Source: Ostreococcus lucimarinus
Taxonomy: Eukaryota
Length of the DNA: 64,000 nt
Reading direction: 5' to 3' (one strand)
NCBI GenBank assembly: GCA_000092065.1
Contig: CP000593.1
Position numbers and translations under genes: made by a program
Notes under the pieces: generated by a model
Seen by the model: only the letters and a program-made list of their open reading frames with translations
What the model was told of the DNA's origin: nothing
Databases searched by the model: none
Shown here: one piece after another, positions 18,720-28,661 of the stretch
Numbering within the stretch: position 1 is the stretch's first letter
Layout: each line of letters begins with the position of its first letter

Positions 18720-20681
18720 CGCGGCGGGCGACGCGCGCGCGAGGGACGCGCGCGCGACGACGGGCGACGACGCGCGATGCCTCGATGCGGCGCGACGGCG
18801 CGGGACGAGCGCGCGATGGGACGCGCGCGATGGGCGGGACGAGGGCCGGGACGCGCGCGAGCCGGGACGCGCGCGGCGGCGTCGGGCGACGATAAAAAGG
18901 CGCTGACGCTCGAGGAGCGCATCGCGAGCGGAGAGTTCACGAAGGCGTCGTCCACGGGACCGTTTCGAAAGGTGGCGGACGGGCTGCGGGGACTGGTGCC
19001 CGAAGACGCGGGACCGGTGGGGCGAGGGGTGTCGCTGGCGCTCGCGAGGTTATCGAGGCGGTGGCGCGCCGAGGCGATGTCGAAGATGCCGGTGGCGAGC
19101 GGGGACATTCGCGAGATCGCGGGACAACCGGTTTTTGTGCCGCTGTATAAGCTGTTCTTGGCGTACGGGGAGATGTTCGTCCTGGCGATCGGGCCGAAGA
19201 AATTCGTCGTCGTGAGCGACAACGCGGTGGCCAAGGAGATGTTGCTCACGCAGGCGAAGAGCTTCTCCAAGGGATTGCTGTCGGAGATTTTGGACTTTGT
19301 CATGGGTCAGGGGTTAATCCCGGCGAACGGTGAGGTGTGGAAGATTCGACGCAAGGTGATCGTGCCGAGCTTGCACAAAAAGTACGTCACGTCCATGGTG
19401 GACATGTTCGGCGACTGCGGGTTGAAGGGGATGTCGCAGCTCGCGCGCGCGGAGAAGGCGAACGAGTCGGTGGAGATGGAGAACTTTTACTCGCGATTCG
19501 CCTTGGATATCATAGGCAAGGCGGTGTTCAATTACGATTTCGACTCCTTGTCCACGGACGACCCCGTGATCAAAGCCGTGTACACGGTTTTGCGCGAAGC
19601 CGAGTACCGGAGCGTGACGTTTATTCCCTATTGGAAGGTTCCCCCGCTTCGCTGGCTCGTGCCGAGGCAGCGTCAGTGCCAGGAGGCGCTGCAAGTGGTG
19701 AACGACACCTTGGATGACCTCATCAACCGATGCAAAGCCGTGGTGGAGGAAGAGGATGAGGAATTCGTCGAGGAGTACATGAACACGGACGATCCGAGCA
19801 TTTTGCACTTTCTCATCGCGAGCGGCGACGACGTGACGTCCAAGCAACTTCGCGATGATTTAATGACGCTCCTGATCGCCGGCCACGAAACCACCGCCGC
19901 GGTGCTGACGTGGACGACATTTTTGCTCGCCAAGCACCCCGAAGTGAAGGCCAAGGTATTCGAGGAGGTTGACCGCGTCGTCGGCGACCGCAACCCGACG
20001 GTGGCGGATATGCGCGCGCTCGTGTACACGACGCGCGTCATCAACGAGTCCATGCGACTTTACCCGCAACCTCCGGTGTTAATCAGGCGCGCGTTAGAGC
20101 CCGTCACCCTCGGAGGGTACAACATCGACGCCGGAACCGACTTCTTCATTTCGGTTTGGAACTTGCACAGAAACCCGCGGATTTGGGACGAACCCGACGC
20201 GTTCAAGCCCGAACGCTTCCCGATCGACGCCCCGATGCCGAACGAGTACACCGAAGAGTACGCGTACTTGCCCTTCGGCGGTGGCCAGCGCAAATGCGTG
20301 GGCGATCAGTTTGCTATTTTTGAGTCAATCGTGTCGCTCGCCATGCTCATGCGACGATTCGACTTTGAACTCGACGAGTCCAAGCACCCCGACGGCGAAT
20401 GCGGCATGACGACGGGCGCGACGATTCACACCACGAACGGCTTGCACGTCAAGCTCAAGCGCCGCGATGGGCGAGGTGGGCGAGAGATGGACGGCACGTA
20501 CGTCACCGGTATGGCGTTGAGCAACCTGGAAGACGTCGACGTCGTTCGAGGGTCCATCGACGCCCCGACGGCGAGCGCGGACGAGTTCGACGCCGCCGTC
20601 GACGACGTTGACGGGGACACGTCGGAGAAACTCGAGCGCGCGAAAGAGATCATCGAGGAAGAGACAGCGAAGGCGCGCTAG
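18669..20681 (+). CDS. Cytochrome P450, CYP97 family (carotenoid hydroxylase, LUT1/LUT5-like) with a Ser/Thr/Arg-rich transit-like N-terminus
   Basis: Heme loop FGGGQRKCVGDQFAIFESIVSLAMLMRRF; I-helix LIAGHETTAAVLTW. Long collinear similarity to plant CYP97 (IASGEFT, FVPLYK, DDPSILHFLIASGDDV, MTTGATIHTTNGLHVKLKRR). The track start at 18480 is GTG; the first ATG is at 18669. Confidence 0.9.
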
Positions 20682-20845
20682 TCGTAGGCAACGAAAATCG
20701 CATCGATCGTTCATCATCAGTAGCTCAAACGAATTTTAATTCTATTCATCGGAACGTCGAACGCCGAAGCGCGGTGGTGTCTCGCTTAGCGATAACGCTT
20801 ATAATATCGGTATTAAGAAAGAATCGCGCGCGCACGCAGTCTAGT

Positions 20846-22237
20846 CTACAACAAGAGTTTATTAAGCGCATCGTCCATGTCGTTCACCACCACCGTCGCC
20901 GTGGACGTGTCGGAGTCGAGCGGATAAATAAACGTCACCACGGCGGTGATGTCGTCGGCTCGCTCGTCGTGCTCTTGCCAACGCGAGAACGCGGCGCGCA
21001 CGATGGCGTGCGCGGCGCGTTCGGCGGCACCGGGCATGTTCTCCTCGTAAAATTTCTCCGCGATCGCCATCGTTTCCGCGCTGGACATGAACTCGAACAC
21101 GCCGTCGGAGGCGACGACGACGCACCGCGTCGACGGCTCGGCGTTCAAGTCAAACTCGCTCATCTCGGGCGTCGCGCTCACGCCGAGCGACTTCCCCACG
21201 GTGTCACCGATCGAGCGAGTGAACGCGCATCCGGGAAAACGATAACCAGCCATGAAAACGCGCGGCGGGTCGTCGCAATATTCCTCGTCCGAACCCGGTT
21301 CGCCGTCGCCAAAGTCCTCGTGCGCCTCGGTTTCGCCCAAAACCATGCCGATGGTGGCGAACGTCATCGGCGACGTCGCCTCCGCTTTCATCCGCGCGCG
21401 CTCGTCCGCGCGAAAGCACGTCTGATCATGCGTCAAATCTCTCACCTCCCATCGCCTCGTGTGTCGATTCCCGACCGCGACGCCCGCCGCGCGCTCGACG
21501 CCGACGACGCATCGCGAATCCCCGACGTTTCCCACGCGCACCACGCCTTCGTCATCAAACAGCGCCGTGATCGCCGTCGACCCCGAAAACGACGCGTTCT
21601 CCCCCATCTCTTTGCACACCACCGCGTTCACCGCCTCGAACGTCCGCGCGTACCCATCCCTCAGCGCCGCGCCTCCCCGCGTCTCCCTCGCCAGCGTCTC
21701 CGCGAACGTCGCCCGCGCGATTTGCGCGCACTCCTCCCCGTGCTTCCCGTGCCCATCGAACACCCCCACCAGCACCCGTCCCGTCTCTCGCCGCGCCACC
21801 GCATCGTTTCCCTCCCCATCGATCACCGCCTCCTCGTGCGCCATCTCCCTTCCCTCCCACGTCGCGCACGCGTCCTGATTCACGTGATGATCCTTGTGCG
21901 GATAACATCCCTCCTGGCAGCACCACGCCACGCGCGCCGCGAACCGCGCGCTGAGCGCATACGCCCGTTCGCTCGCCACCTCCCGTCGCGTCGCGTCCAT
22001 CTCGAACCTCAGCGGTCGCGCGCGCGGCGGCTTCGCGCGCGGTCGCCACGCCGTCGCCGCGCGTCCCGCGCGCGCGTTATCCGCTTTCGCGTCGGTCGCT
22101 GTCGGCGCGTTTGCGTCGATCGCGGGCGTCGCCGCGCGACGCGCCGGATCGAACGCGACCGTCGCGCGCGCCGCGTCGTGGCCATCGCGCGCGGGCGCGC
22201 GCTCGCGCGCGCGGTACGCGCCGGGCGCGAGCGCCAT
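20846..22237 (-). CDS. Protein phosphatase 2C (PPM family)
   Basis: ATG at 22235-22237. PP2C motifs: VFDGHGKHG, GSTAITALFDD, VGNVGDSRCVV, VASDGVFEFMS, ADDITAVV. Confidence 0.85.
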   Translation of the reverse strand: MALAPGAYRARERAPARDGHDAARATVAFDPARRAATPAIDANAPTATDAKADNARAGRAATAWRPRAKPPRARPLRFEMDATRREVASERAYALSARFAARVAWCCQEGCYPHKDHHVNQDACATWEGREMAHEEAVIDGEGNDAVARRETGRVLVGVFDGHGKHGEECAQIARATFAETLARETRGGAALRDGYARTFEAVNAVVCKEMGENASFSGSTAITALFDDEGVVRVGNVGDSRCVVGVERAAGVAVGNRHTRRWEVRDLTHDQTCFRADERARMKAEATSPMTFATIGMVLGETEAHEDFGDGEPGSDEEYCDDPPRVFMAGYRFPGCAFTRSIGDTVGKSLGVSATPEMSEFDLNAEPSTRCVVVASDGVFEFMSSAETMAIAEKFYEENMPGAAERAAHAIVRAAFSRWQEHDERADDITAVVTFIYPLDSDTSTATVVVNDMDDALNKLLL

Positions 22238-22480
22238 GTGACGCGTTACCGGGACGCGGCGGCGCGTGGCGGCGGGGCGACCGACCGTATGTGCGTAAAC
22301 AGTACAGACGACATTTTCGACGCCCGCGCGTCGACGTCTCGAACGAATTCGTTCTCGAATACGACGTATGGAGGCGCAGTCAGCGCGCTGTTTGCGCGGT
22401 GCTTCAATACGGGCGGTGTGATTTAATTAGCGCCGACGGATCGCGCGATCGACGGCGCGCGCGCGACACGGCGACGCGCG

Positions 22481-24018
22481 ATGCGCGACCTGACGTCGAC
22501 GGTGCGACGCGACGCGACGCGAGCGCGACGCGACGCGCGACGGGAGACGACGGGAGACGACGGGCGGCGACGCGACGAGCGGACGGCGAACGCGAACGCG
22601 GCGACGCGGCGGCGGCAGGGTTTGCGCGATCGCGACGGCGACGCGGCGCGCGCGACGGCGGCGGACGCGCGAGGACGCGGGCGAAGAGTAACGCATCGCG
22701 AACGCGTCGCGGACGCGAAGGGCCGACGCGCCGCGGTCGAGCGCGAGGACTGACGGAGCGCGGGACGACGACGCAGATCGCGGCGCGGCTGGACGCGCAC
22801 CTGACGCTGCCGCTGCTGGAGTTCGCGCTCGCGGAGGGCACGCACGATGCGAAGTCGCTGCGAGAGGCGAAGCTGGCGACGCTGGTGAAGACGAAGATGT
22901 GCGATTGGGCGGAGGAGGCGCGCGCGGAGGCGAGCGGGTCGGGATCGGCGGCGGAGGCGAAGGCGAGGCGGGACGCGACGGTGGAGGCGCACGCGGCGCT
23001 GGGGAAGGCGGCGGCGCGGGCGGTGAAGTTCGCGAGCGATGGGGCGCTGATCAAGAACTTGCGACGGGATAAGGCGGCGAACGCGAAGTTCGCGGAGGAT
23101 AATCACGGGGTGACGAGCGCGGACGTGGACGCGCTGTACAAGTTTGCCAAGTTTGAGTACGAGTGCGGCGATTACGAAAACGCCTCGGAGCACTTGGGCG
23201 CGGTGCAGTTGTTGAGCGCGGACAACGAGCGGTGCGAGAGCGCGCTGTGGGGGAAGTTCGCGGCGGACATTTTGTTGCGGAACTGGGGCGGGGCTCTGGA
23301 CGACATGAATAGGTTGCGAGACGCGTTGGAGAGCAACGCGAGCACGAGCAACCTCGTCAAGATGAAGCAGCGCGCGTGGTTGTTGCATTACGCCCTGTTC
23401 GTCTTCTTCAACCACCCGAACGGTCGCAACTTGATCATCGACGTGTTGTTCCAGGAGCGATACATGCAAGCGGTGCAACAAGAGGCGCCGCATTTGTTGC
23501 GTTACCTCGCCGTCGCCATCGTCGCCAACAAGAAGCGCCGCAACATGCTCAAAGACTTAGTGAAGATTATCCAGAGCGACGTGTACGACGATCCCGCGCT
23601 CGACTTCGTCGTCGCGGCCTTCGTCGACTACGACTTCTCCAAGACGCAAGAGATGCTGAAGAAGTGCGACGCGATGATTGAAAAGGATTTCTTTTTAATC
23701 GGCTGCAAGGACGCGTTTGACGAAAACGCTCGACAGTACGTCATCGAAAACTACTGCAAGGTGAACAAGCGCATCGACATCGCCAACTTGGCGCAAATGC
23801 TCGGTATGCCCGCCGCCGACGTCGAGGCCACCATCGCGACTCTCATCCGCGGCAGTAAGCTCAACGCGCGAATCGATTCCGAAGCCGGCTTCGTGCACGT
23901 GCACGTCGAGAAGAAATCCGTCAACGAGCAAATCATCGAAAAGACCAAAGCCTTGCTGTCCAAGACCACCGCCCTCACGCAAGCCGTGTTGGCCAACACC
24001 CAGGCGCAGGCGTATTAA
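22481..24018 (+). CDS. EIF3E: Translation initiation factor eIF3 subunit E (INT6, PCI domain); two exons: join(22481..22501, 22777..24018)
   Basis: Exon 2 reads IAARLDAHLTLPLLEFALAEG ... FKFAKFEYECGDYENASEHL ... PCI domain, matching eIF3e ([25 protein letters not shown]). There is no ATG in frame upstream of exon 2. A 7-codon exon 1 (ATGCGCGACCTGACGTCGACG = MRDLTST) is followed by GTGCGA; the intron has ACTGAC at 22749-22754 and a CGCAG acceptor at 22774-22776. The spliced N-terminus MRDLTSTIAARLDAHL aligns with eIF3e. Confidence 0.75.
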
Positions 24019-24097
24019 CGACAATTTGTCATCGTCAACGCACCGGTATAGTTCGCGCCGCGCCGCGTCCCTCGCGTCACTTCGCCTCGCGCGCGCG

Positions 24098-24475
24098 ATG
24101 TCCCCGCCCCTCCGTCGCCTCGCGCGCCTCGTCCCGCGCGTCGCCGACGCGCGCGCGTTCGCGTCCGGCGCGGGCAAAGACGTCGTCCGCCGCGACTCGA
24201 GCGACGTCGCGTCGTCGTCGTCGTCGTCGGACGCCAATCCTTGGCGACCGGTGGTGGACCGCGAGACGCGGCGCGTGTACTTTTGGAATCCTCGCACCGG
24301 CGAAACCTCCGCGGTCGGCGCGCCGCGCCCCGCGACGGAATTTTTAGCGGACGATCCAGGCGCGTCCGCGCGCGAGGGAATCGGGACGCAGATCGGGTCG
24401 GCGTTCGCGATGGGCGCGGGCGCGTCCCTCGGTTTCGCGGCGGTCGCCGTCGCGGCGAGAATCGCGTTCGGTTGA
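24098..24475 (+). CDS. Small hypothetical protein with a presequence-like N-terminus, a WW-like segment (NPWRPVVDRETRRVYFWNPRTGETS) and a C-terminal hydrophobic segment
   Basis: First ATG in a 149-codon ORF whose track start is TTG. Weak. Confidence 0.3.
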   Translation: MSPPLRRLARLVPRVADARAFASGAGKDVVRRDSSDVASSSSSSDANPWRPVVDRETRRVYFWNPRTGETSAVGAPRPATEFLADDPGASAREGIGTQIGSAFAMGAGASLGFAAVAVAARIAFG

Positions 24476-24700
24476 TCGCGAGCGGTTCTTTAAAGACGCG
24501 ATCGATCGCGCGGATGGCGCGAACGCGCGTGGATCTCGTAGCGCGCTGTTGTTACAAAAGAATGGTTTCGTGGGTGCATCGCGGGATGGTTTCGTGAGCG
24601 CGTCGCGAGTTCGCGACGGGACGCCGACCTCGACGGCGTCCTCGCCGTTCCGACCAAATTTCACTCAAAAAATGTTTCGCCGACGCGCGACCGGTCCGCA

Positions 24701-25297
24701 TCACAGCGCGTCTCGCGAGGATAGACGACGAGAATAATCATCGCTCGACGGCGTCGTCGTCGCCGCCGCGCGCTCGAATTCTCGATCGGAATCTCGAAAT
24801 AAAATCCCGAGCGCCTCGAGCGCGGAGCCCCCGCGGGTCTGTAGAATTTCCTTCATCGGCGCCACCGAGGCGTAACCCACGCGAGGCTTCGCGCGTCGTT
24901 CGCCCTCGTCCGCGCGCGACGATTCCGACGAATCGTCGCGCCGTTCGATCCCGAGCGCGTCGAAATCTTGGAAAAGCGTCCCCGCGCGTTCTCGTTCTCG
25001 TTCTCGTTCTCGTCTCGGGACGTCCCGCGCGCGCGCCTCTTCGCTCTTCGCGCGCCGGTGCTTTCGCGCGTCGCGCGAGACCGCGCGCGGACGAAACTCG
25101 ACGCGCGCGTTCGCGTCCTCGCGCTTCGGCGCGCGTCGCGCGCGGCGCGGCGACGCCGGCGCGCTCGCGACGTCCCGTCGCGCCGCCGCGTCTCGCCGCG
25201 GCGAGGGCACCTTCACCCGGCTCGACGACGTTCCCATCGCCGGCGACCGCGCGAGCGCCGGAAGCGCGTTCCCGTGTTCGTCCGTGATCAGGCACAT
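24701..25297 (-). CDS. Low-complexity Arg/Glu/Ser-rich hypothetical protein; doubtful
   Basis: ORF from an internal ATG (MCLITDEHGNALPAL...) to a stop. The C-terminal 70 aa look protein-like (GTLFQDFDALGIERR ... YASVAPMKEILQTRGGSALEALGILF), but the region is GC-rich and repetitive, so coding is uncertain. Confidence 0.2.
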   Translation of the reverse strand: MCLITDEHGNALPALARSPAMGTSSSRVKVPSPRRDAAARRDVASAPASPRRARRAPKREDANARVEFRPRAVSRDARKHRRAKSEEARARDVPRRERERERERAGTLFQDFDALGIERRDDSSESSRADEGERRAKPRVGYASVAPMKEILQTRGGSALEALGILFRDSDREFERAAATTTPSSDDYSRRLSSRDAL

Positions 25298-25448
25298 GCG
25301 CCCGCGCGCGTCTCGGACGTCGCGCGCGAGGTGGCCGCGCCGACTGTCCGGAGACGCCCACCCCGAGCGCACGTCGCGAACTGCGGCGCGGCGTCGACCG
25401 CGACCGCTCGCGCGGCGACGCGCCGCGTCGATTTTCGTCGATTCGATC

Positions 25449-25603
25449 CTCGGCGGTATCGGAACGCGCCGATTCTCGGCGGTCTCGGAACGCGCGACGA
25501 GTCGGGAACCGATGGGCGCGGATTTTCGTTTGGTCGTTGCCAACGCTACGACGCGAACGCGCGCGACGCCTGACGACGCTACGACGCGAACGCGCGCGAC
25601 GCC
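25449..25603. repeat. Two short tandem duplications: ctcggcggtNtcggaacgcgc x2 at 25449-25495, and a roughly 33-bp unit (acgacgctacgacgcgaacgcgcgcgacgcc) x2 at 25540-25603
   Basis: Direct inspection. Confidence 0.5.
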
Positions 25604-26085
25604 ACGCGCGCGACGAAAGAATACAAGGAATACGCGCCGCCGACGACGGCGAAGAACGCGACGACGGCGAAGGCGGCGAACCACTCGCGCGAGACGCGCG
25701 CGCCGTCGGCCGCGGCGGCGACGCCGTCGGCCGCGGCGGTCGGTTTCTTTTTCTTTTCGTTTTCGCGTCGTCGAGCCGCGCCGTTCGACGCGTCGCCGTC
25801 CGCGTCATCCCGCGACGCGTCTTCGCGCGCCGCGGCGACTTCGCGCGCTCGCAAGAACGCGTCGATCTCGGCCATTCGCCGCGCCTTCTTCTCGGCTTTG
25901 TCCAGCTCGCGGCGCCGCGTCGCCGTCGAGGGCGGTTTCGCCGCGTCGATCGAGGTCGTCGCCGTCGTCGCGGCGTCTTCGCTCGTCGTCGCGACGTCCG
26001 CGCGCGCGACGCGCATCGCGGCGCGGTCGACGCGCGCGGCACAGTGCCGCGCGAGGATCGAATCGATTCGCGTTCGTGCGTCGCG

Positions 26086-27405
26086 ATGTCGGCGTCGCGC
26101 GCGCTTCGTCGCGTCGTCGCGGGCGCGTCGAACGCGTCGCGACCCGCGCGCGGCGCGTCGGCGGTCGCGGACGCCGCGCCGCGCGTCGGCGGCGGCGAAG
26201 GGCGCGAATCGACGTCGTCGTCGATGCCGGCGTCGCGGTGGCGTCGCGGCGCGCGCGCGCGCGGCGCGTGCGACGGGACGACGTCGTCGCGGTGCGCGCC
26301 GTCGTCGTCGTACCTGGAGTCGAAGCGTCGACGCGCGGCGGTGGCGGCGGCGATCGCGCGGTCGACGCGCGCGGCGGCGGCGGCGGCGGCGCGGCGAGCG
26401 CGCGCGTGGGACGCGACGGCGCGCGCGGACGCGCGCGACGGCGCGTACCGCGACGACGGCGCGCGTCGCGTCGAAAAGTTGTCGCGGGTCGGCGTGCTGG
26501 GCGCGCCGAACGCGGGGAAGAGCGCGCTGGCGTGCGCGCTCGTCGGCGACGCGGTGAGCGCGGTGAGTCGAAAGACGAACACGACGCGGACGCGCGCGCT
26601 GGGGGTGCGCACGGTCGGGGACGCGCAGGTGGTGTTCGTGGACGCGCCGGGGATCGTGGGGCGCGAGCACTACAGGAACGCGGCGCACGCGAGAAAGGTG
26701 GAGGACGCGACGGCGCTGGCGAGCGAGTGCGACGCGTTGGTCTTCGTCGTGGACGCGGCGAGACAGTTGGAGCGACGGGATTTGCGCGTGCTGGAGGCGG
26801 TGCGAAAGACGCGAGCGGCGCTGGGGGAGATGCGCGCGCCGCCGGAGGCGGTGCTGGTGCTGAATAAGGTTGATAAGATTCCGAAGGAGCGACGCGCGGG
26901 GTTGACGAAGATGGTGGACGATTTCCGCGCCGCGGGGGATTTTGAATTCGCGCGCGTGTTTCCCGTCAGCGCGCTCACGGGGGCGGGAACGAGAGCGCTG
27001 ATGGATCACATCGTCGCCGGCGCTCGGGAGGCGCCGTGGGAGTTCGACGCGACGTCGACGAGCGATATGACGCCGGCGCAGAGGGCGCTGGAAATCGTGC
27101 GCGAGAGCGTGTACGACGGCGTGCACGAAGATTTACCGTACGGCATCGACATCGCGCACGTCTCGTGGGAAGACTTTAGAAACGGTGACGCGCGCATAGA
27201 GCAAAATATTTTAGTCGACACCGCGTCGCAGAGGAAAATAGTCGTCGGAAAGTCGGGCGAAGTCGTCGGGCGAATCGGCATCAACGCCAGAGCGATGCTC
27301 GAGCGCGCGCTCAATCGCAAAGTGCACTTGATCCTGAACGTGAGACTGAAGAAGAAGAAGAAGAACTATCGCAGCGATGACGTCGTGTTCGCGGAGCAGT
27401 ACTGA
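26086..27405 (+). CDS. Era-type GTPase with a C-terminal KH domain and an organellar presequence-like N-terminus
   Basis: G-motifs GAPNAGKS, TTR, DAPG, NKVD, followed by a KH domain. The candidate start MSASRALRRVVAGAS... is at 26086; an alternative ATG lies at 26224. The track ORF start at 25537 is upstream arginine-rich read-through. Confidence 0.8.
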   Translation: MSASRALRRVVAGASNASRPARGASAVADAAPRVGGGEGRESTSSSMPASRWRRGARARGACDGTTSSRCAPSSSYLESKRRRAAVAAAIARSTRAAAAAAARRARAWDATARADARDGAYRDDGARRVEKLSRVGVLGAPNAGKSALACALVGDAVSAVSRKTNTTRTRALGVRTVGDAQVVFVDAPGIVGREHYRNAAHARKVEDATALASECDALVFVVDAARQLERRDLRVLEAVRKTRAALGEMRAPPEAVLVLNKVDKIPKERRAGLTKMVDDFRAAGDFEFARVFPVSALTGAGTRALMDHIVAGAREAPWEFDATSTSDMTPAQRALEIVRESVYDGVHEDLPYGIDIAHVSWEDFRNGDARIEQNILVDTASQRKIVVGKSGEVVGRIGINARAMLERALNRKVHLILNVRLKKKKKNYRSDDVVFAEQY

Positions 27406-27542
27406 TTAGTCGTAGGCGTAGTCGTAGATGGACGCGGCGCGGACAACCTTCGGGGCGTCTCGTAGCGGTAAACAACAACAAATCAATCACAACTGCACAA
27501 TAACGTTAAACACGACGCGCCTCGCTTCGAAGCGCGACGCGA

Positions 27543-28484
27543 CTACACGGTTTTCAAAACCTTCGCGTCTTTCGTCTCTCTGGACGACGACTCAAAGTAC
27601 CTCCTCGTGGTTTCGATGACGGTGAAGTAAATCACCCCGCCCAAACCGATTTCCAGCGCGCGCGGCGCCGCGCCGCGAAAGAAAAACGACATCCCGAACC
27701 TCTCCTTCAGTCGTTTCAACCCCGCCAATCCCTTTGGATGCGTCTTGAGATCGATTCCCATCGAAGACGCGCACACGTGCGCCGTGCGCGAGACGTCAAA
27801 CGGCGTCGTCACCAATCCCGTGAGACCGCCCGCGACGCCGCCGATGATCGCCGTCTGTCGCTTCCCCAGCGCTCTCTTCTTCTTCGTCTTCTTCCCGCTC
27901 TCGTCCGCCGCCGCGCCCTCGATCGCCAGCGTCGCTCGTTTCATCGCCTCGAACGCGCTCATCTGGATCGTGTCGAACGGCAGTTCCCTCGCCAGAAAGC
28001 TTCCGAATCCCGCGAACAGCTCTCCTCGTCTCGCCGACAGCCTCGCCGCCGTCGCCAGGCTCAACCGCGACACTTGCATTCGCCGCGCGATCAGCTCCAT
28101 CGGCGCCAGCACCGCGCTCGACGCCAGCGCGCCGAGCATCGCCGCGATCGACGGGTCCAACCCGAGCGTGCTCTTCGCGCACTCGTACGCCGACATGAAC
28201 AACGCGGTGCCCGGCGCCGCGCCGAGCAGCTCCGCCGCGACGCCGCCGTACAGCCGGTCCGCGGTCAATCGCCCGCCCGCCTGCGCGCGCGTCTTGAGCG
28301 TGTTCAGCGGGAACAGCACGAGCTGGCACGCGATGCCGGCGCACGCGCCGCTCGCGATGCCGACGCGGAGGGAACGCGCGAACGACGGCGGTCGGTCGGT
28401 CGCCGACGACGAAGCGTCGCGGCGCGTTTCGCGGCGCGCGCGCGCGCGATCGGCGTCGGCAGGGACGCGGGAGGGAGGCGGCAT
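27543..28484 (-). CDS. Mitochondrial carrier family protein (SLC25)
   Basis: ATG at 28482-28484. Three repeats with FPLNTLKTRAQ, PMELIARRMQ, PFDVSRTAHV. Confidence 0.85.
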   Translation of the reverse strand: MPPPSRVPADADRARARRETRRDASSSATDRPPSFARSLRVGIASGACAGIACQLVLFPLNTLKTRAQAGGRLTADRLYGGVAAELLGAAPGTALFMSAYECAKSTLGLDPSIAAMLGALASSAVLAPMELIARRMQVSRLSLATAARLSARRGELFAGFGSFLARELPFDTIQMSAFEAMKRATLAIEGAAADESGKKTKKKRALGKRQTAIIGGVAGGLTGLVTTPFDVSRTAHVCASSMGIDLKTHPKGLAGLKRLKERFGMSFFFRGAAPRALEIGLGGVIYFTVIETTRRYFESSSRETKDAKVLKTV

Positions 28485-28661
28485 GCGCGCTCGACCCGGG
28501 CGTCGCCGTGCGCGCCGCGCGCGCGCGGCAGGGGCGCGGAGTGGCGCGCGATGGCGCGGCGATGGACGACGGGCGACGCCGCGAGCGAACGCGCGAGAGG
28601 GACGGAGACGCGAAGGAACGAATGCGCGGTCTTAGCGTTGAAACCGAGGCGCGTCGCGCGA

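Noticed and set aside
22111-22776. Upstream 222 codons of track ORF 22111..24018 as the eIF3e N-terminus
   Set aside because: This arginine-rich segment overlaps the PP2C 5' end and has no ATG. Homology places the true N-terminus in a 7-codon exon at 22481-22501 spliced to 22777.
20774-23493. 550-aa (+) and 356-aa (-) arginine-rich ORFs overlapping the PP2C and eIF3e genes
   Set aside because: Opposite-strand read-through of real genes; extreme Arg content from CGN/GCG-rich antisense codons; no domains.
24738-26612. 624-aa minus-strand ORF and 527-aa plus-strand ORF spanning the Era upstream region
   Set aside because: Pure low-complexity (Arg/Ala/Gly), with alternative-codon starts and no conserved segment; treated as non-coding or promoter. 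Only a short minus-strand segment is kept, as a doubtful CDS.
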